A stretch of DNA of 48,513 nt from an uncultured Candidatus Saccharibacteria bacterium (GTDB lineage: Bacteria; Patescibacteriota; Minisyncoccia; Phycocordibacterales; DATGWK01), in contig CAYHIR010000005.1 in the NCBI GenBank assembly GCA_964356815.1, positions 1-48,513 on the forward strand, given 5' to 3'. This document shows, piece by piece, positions 46,594-48,513 of this stretch (positions are counted from its first letter, which is position 1; every line of letters begins with the position of its first letter). The notes below the pieces were generated by a model. The model saw only the letters and a list, made by a program, of their open reading frames with translations, did not search any database and had not been told where the DNA came from. Both the position numbers and the translations under genes were made by a program.

Positions 46594-46830
46594 TTAATAG
46601 GTATTATCGCTTCGTCTCTCAATCGCAATAATGCTAGTTTTCTTGTTTTTATAGAAAAAAATTATCCTAATATTCCCCACTCGAACCCGGTAAACCTCGT
46701 CGTACCCCTTTAGCTTTTTAATATCGAGATTAGCGCCCCATTTACCGTTCACAATTCTCTCGATGCACTGCGCCACACGCACACGCTCATCCCGACTCAA
46801 TCGCTTGAGAAATTTTTCGATTTTGTTCAT
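46594..46830 (-). CDS. RelE/ParE-family toxin
   Basis: DIKKLKGYDEVYRVRVGNIRIIF..RRSDNTY. Confidence 0.85.
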   Translation of the reverse strand: MNKIEKFLKRLSRDERVRVAQCIERIVNGKWGANLDIKKLKGYDEVYRVRVGNIRIIFFYKNKKTSIIAIERRSDNTY

Positions 46831-46833
46831 CGG

Positions 46834-47130
46834 CTACGCATTTAGCTTTTTTAAAGCCTTCAATACATCGAGGGCAGAGACACCGTTTTTATTAATTTTT
46901 GAAAAGTCGACAACAGTTTCCCAAGAACCACTTTTTTCTCCATCAACCTCTTCAATAGGTGAAACCCTAAACACAGGCTCGGAACGACGAACCACAGTAA
47001 AAGATTCGCCGCGACCGACCTTTTTTATATACGTTTCAATATTGTTTCGGAGCTCCTTCAGGCCCACGATTTTATTGTCTATATTTTTTATATTTTTTTG
47101 AGCTTTTTGAGGTAGGTTTTTCACAAGCAT
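46834..47130 (-). CDS. Phd/YefM-family antitoxin
   Basis: VGLKELRNNIETYIKKVGRGESFTVVRRSEPVF; GTG 47124 is an alternative start. Confidence 0.8.
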   Translation of the reverse strand: MLVKNLPQKAQKNIKNIDNKIVGLKELRNNIETYIKKVGRGESFTVVRRSEPVFRVSPIEEVDGEKSGSWETVVDFSKINKNGVSALDVLKALKKLNA

Positions 47131-47161
47131 AAGTTTATCTTAAGATGAACTTAGTGGTCAA
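47131..47161 (-). promoter_or_regulatory. TA promoter with palindromic operator
   Basis: AAGTTTATCT-TA-AGATGAACTT (one mismatch) overlapping TTGACC-N18-TAAACT. Confidence 0.5.
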
Positions 47162-47425
47162 GCTTTTTATTCACTCTACGCTACGGAAAAGGATAAAATT
47201 TTGTCTAGAATAAATCCTTTTATGCGGATGTTGAGTATTTTTTGTAATTTTCCGCTTGCTGATGCTAGTAGCCCCTTCGGACATTCACATCACACCTTAC
47301 ATCCCTCAACAAAGGATGTTATTCGGTCACCGTAGCGCAGAATGAACAAATGACGAAAAACCTCTGGCAAGAAAGGTAACATAGGGTGATCAAGATTCTT
47401 TTAAGAAAGAATAAAGGCTACTTTG

Positions 47426-47499
47426 CGCGGCCGACCGGATTTGAACCGGCAACCTCTCACGTGACAGGCGAGGGCTCTAACCAGTTGAGCTACGGCCGC
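47426..47499 (-). tRNA. tRNA-Asp(GUC)
   Basis: Cloverleaf with GCGGCCG acceptor, CT-GTC-AC anticodon loop, GGTTCAAATCC T arm and G73; CCA not encoded. Confidence 0.95.
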
Positions 47500-48164
47500 A
47501 ATTTATTTCTTTTTTTCAAAAACCTCTTGTATACATTCTTTTTCCTAGGAAGAAAAAGTGTCGAGTCTAAATCTGAGTACATCAACTCATATAACTTTAT
47601 AGAGCTGTGTATGCTGTAATATAGACGATAATAGGTGCTCTGGCAATACAACCCGCCTTTAATACCATACTTTAATAGTGCCTCTCTCAGATCTTCGAGA
47701 AAAGCTTTTGAGCAGGAGGTAAAAACAGTCTGAATCGCTAAGTGCGAGGTTTTTCTATCTTTATGAACTTTTCCTACCCAGACATTGCCATCGCCATCAA
47801 AATATCCCCTTACGAAATGTAAAAATAAGTGACTGGGGATGTTCGGGAGTAGCAATTTGTGAGTTTTCTTGATTGCAAAGCCAAGGCTCAAAACATCATT
47901 GCACAACTCCTTACTTCCAATCTGCAACCTAAAACTATTTTTTCGCCTCACATCACCAGCCCGGCGACTTATTTTGTGATTGGAACCAAGGACTTTTCTA
48001 ATTTTTCTAATCAGATGGCCATCGTTTATTTCTAAACAGAAAAAATAGGCCCCTCTTTTGTTTTTTGTAATGTATCCGTCGGCGGCGTAAAAACCTAAAA
48101 TATACGCCATCTCCGACGACCATTTTTTAAAAAAATCTTTGTTTAACTTTTTAGTGACAGGCAT
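47490..48164 (-). CDS. Free-standing double-motif LAGLIDADG endonuclease-like protein
   Basis: YILGFYAADGYI and FVRGYFDGDGNV motifs; ATG 48164; stop codon lies inside tRNA-Asp. Confidence 0.85.
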   Translation of the reverse strand: MPVTKKLNKDFFKKWSSEMAYILGFYAADGYITKNKRGAYFFCLEINDGHLIRKIRKVLGSNHKISRRAGDVRRKNSFRLQIGSKELCNDVLSLGFAIKKTHKLLLPNIPSHLFLHFVRGYFDGDGNVWVGKVHKDRKTSHLAIQTVFTSCSKAFLEDLREALLKYGIKGGLYCQSTYYRLYYSIHSSIKLYELMYSDLDSTLFLPRKKNVYKRFLKKRNKLRP

Positions 48165-48216
48165 GTTGCCTAACCATTTTACCACGAACTAATCGTGACC
48201 AAAAAAACAATTAATG

Positions 48217-48290
48217 TGTCGAGGGTGGGAATCGAACCCACTACCTGGCGCTTATGAAACGCCCGCTCTAACCAGATGAGCTACCTCGAC
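48217..48290 (-). tRNA. tRNA with CAU anticodon (elongator Met or Ile2)
   Basis: GTCGAGG/CCTCGAC acceptor, TT-CAT-AA loop, GGTTCGATTCC T arm; paired 1-72, so not an initiator. Confidence 0.9.
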
Positions 48291-48320
48291 AGTTCTTAGA
48301 TATTATCAGCTTCCCTACAT

Positions 48321-48433
48321 AAATTACAAATGTGTTATGGAATTGACTCTCGCAAGCCGCGCAGGCGGCTGAGAGTGAGGCGAGATTTCAGCAGAAATCT
48401 ACGCCGTTCAATTCAATAACATATTTGTAATTT
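48321..48433. repeat. Y-shaped inverted-repeat element, copy 2 (inverted relative to copy 1)
   Basis: 48367-48406 is the exact reverse complement of 43853-43892 (40 nt); flanked by 26-bp arms 48321-48346 / 48408-48433 with 2 mismatches. Confidence 0.85.
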
Positions 48434-48439
48434 CTCTTG

Positions 48440-48511
48440 TTGCGGGGGCCGGAATTGCACCGACAATCTCAAGGTTATGAGCCTTGCGAGTTACTGTTAC
48501 TCTACCCCGCT
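48440..48511 (-). tRNA. Initiator-like tRNA-Met(CAU) with non-canonical D and T loops
   Basis: A1xA72 mismatch, GCGGGG/CCCCGC acceptor, CAAGG-CTCATAA-CCTTG anticodon arm, T loop TGCAATT, D loop without GG. Confidence 0.8.
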
Positions 48512-48513
48512 TT

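Noticed and set aside
47258-47265. Hammerhead ribozyme core (CTGATG)
   Set aside because: Reads CTGATGC rather than CTGATGA, and no correctly placed GAAA or three-stem junction was found.
1-48513. CRISPR array, rRNA, prophage or a second VR
   Set aside because: No regularly spaced repeats, rRNA-like stretches or phage structural/integrase genes were seen. By-eye scanning found no second TR match; a BLAST of TR would be needed to exclude remote targets.

Overview
Chromosomal window from a bacterium that looks like a CPR/Patescibacteria (Parcubacteria-type) organism. This is inferred from gene content, near-leaderless promoters and tRNA genes without encoded CCA. Left part (1-15.3 kb): housekeeping genes (MYG1-family protein, P-type ATPase, DsbB plus thioredoxin-like partner, NUDIX, DUF5674-like, secA, murB, O-antigen-ligase/TPR protein). 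They are interrupted by a complete diversity-generating retroelement (DGR) at about 4.4-7.3 kb, made of RT, avd, TR and one target gene. TR (5843-5980) and VR (6372-6509) align without gaps over 138 nt with 20 mismatches by hand count, all at TR adenines. The DGR architecture is unusual. avd is antisense to TR and RT, the TR RNA appears to terminate on a hairpin encoded antisense to the avd C-terminus, and a C9 tract puts the most plausible avd start codon out of frame (candidate on/off switch). Middle (15.4-41.9 kb): a large surface-glycan locus with GT4/GT2/GT9 glycosyltransferases, KpsF, RfaD, a flippase, five methyltransferases, a kinase and a deacetylase. Right part: a VirD4/TraD-like ATPase, a PEP-CTERM-like secreted protein, an IS481-like element, two toxin-antitoxin pairs, a free-standing LAGLIDADG gene and three tRNAs. 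Non-coding highlights are a candidate ~70-nt sRNA with two blocks complementary to the murB leader, and a two-copy Y-shaped element whose conserved core is flanked by different long inverted arms at each site. No database searches were run; product calls rest on motifs read in the translations.
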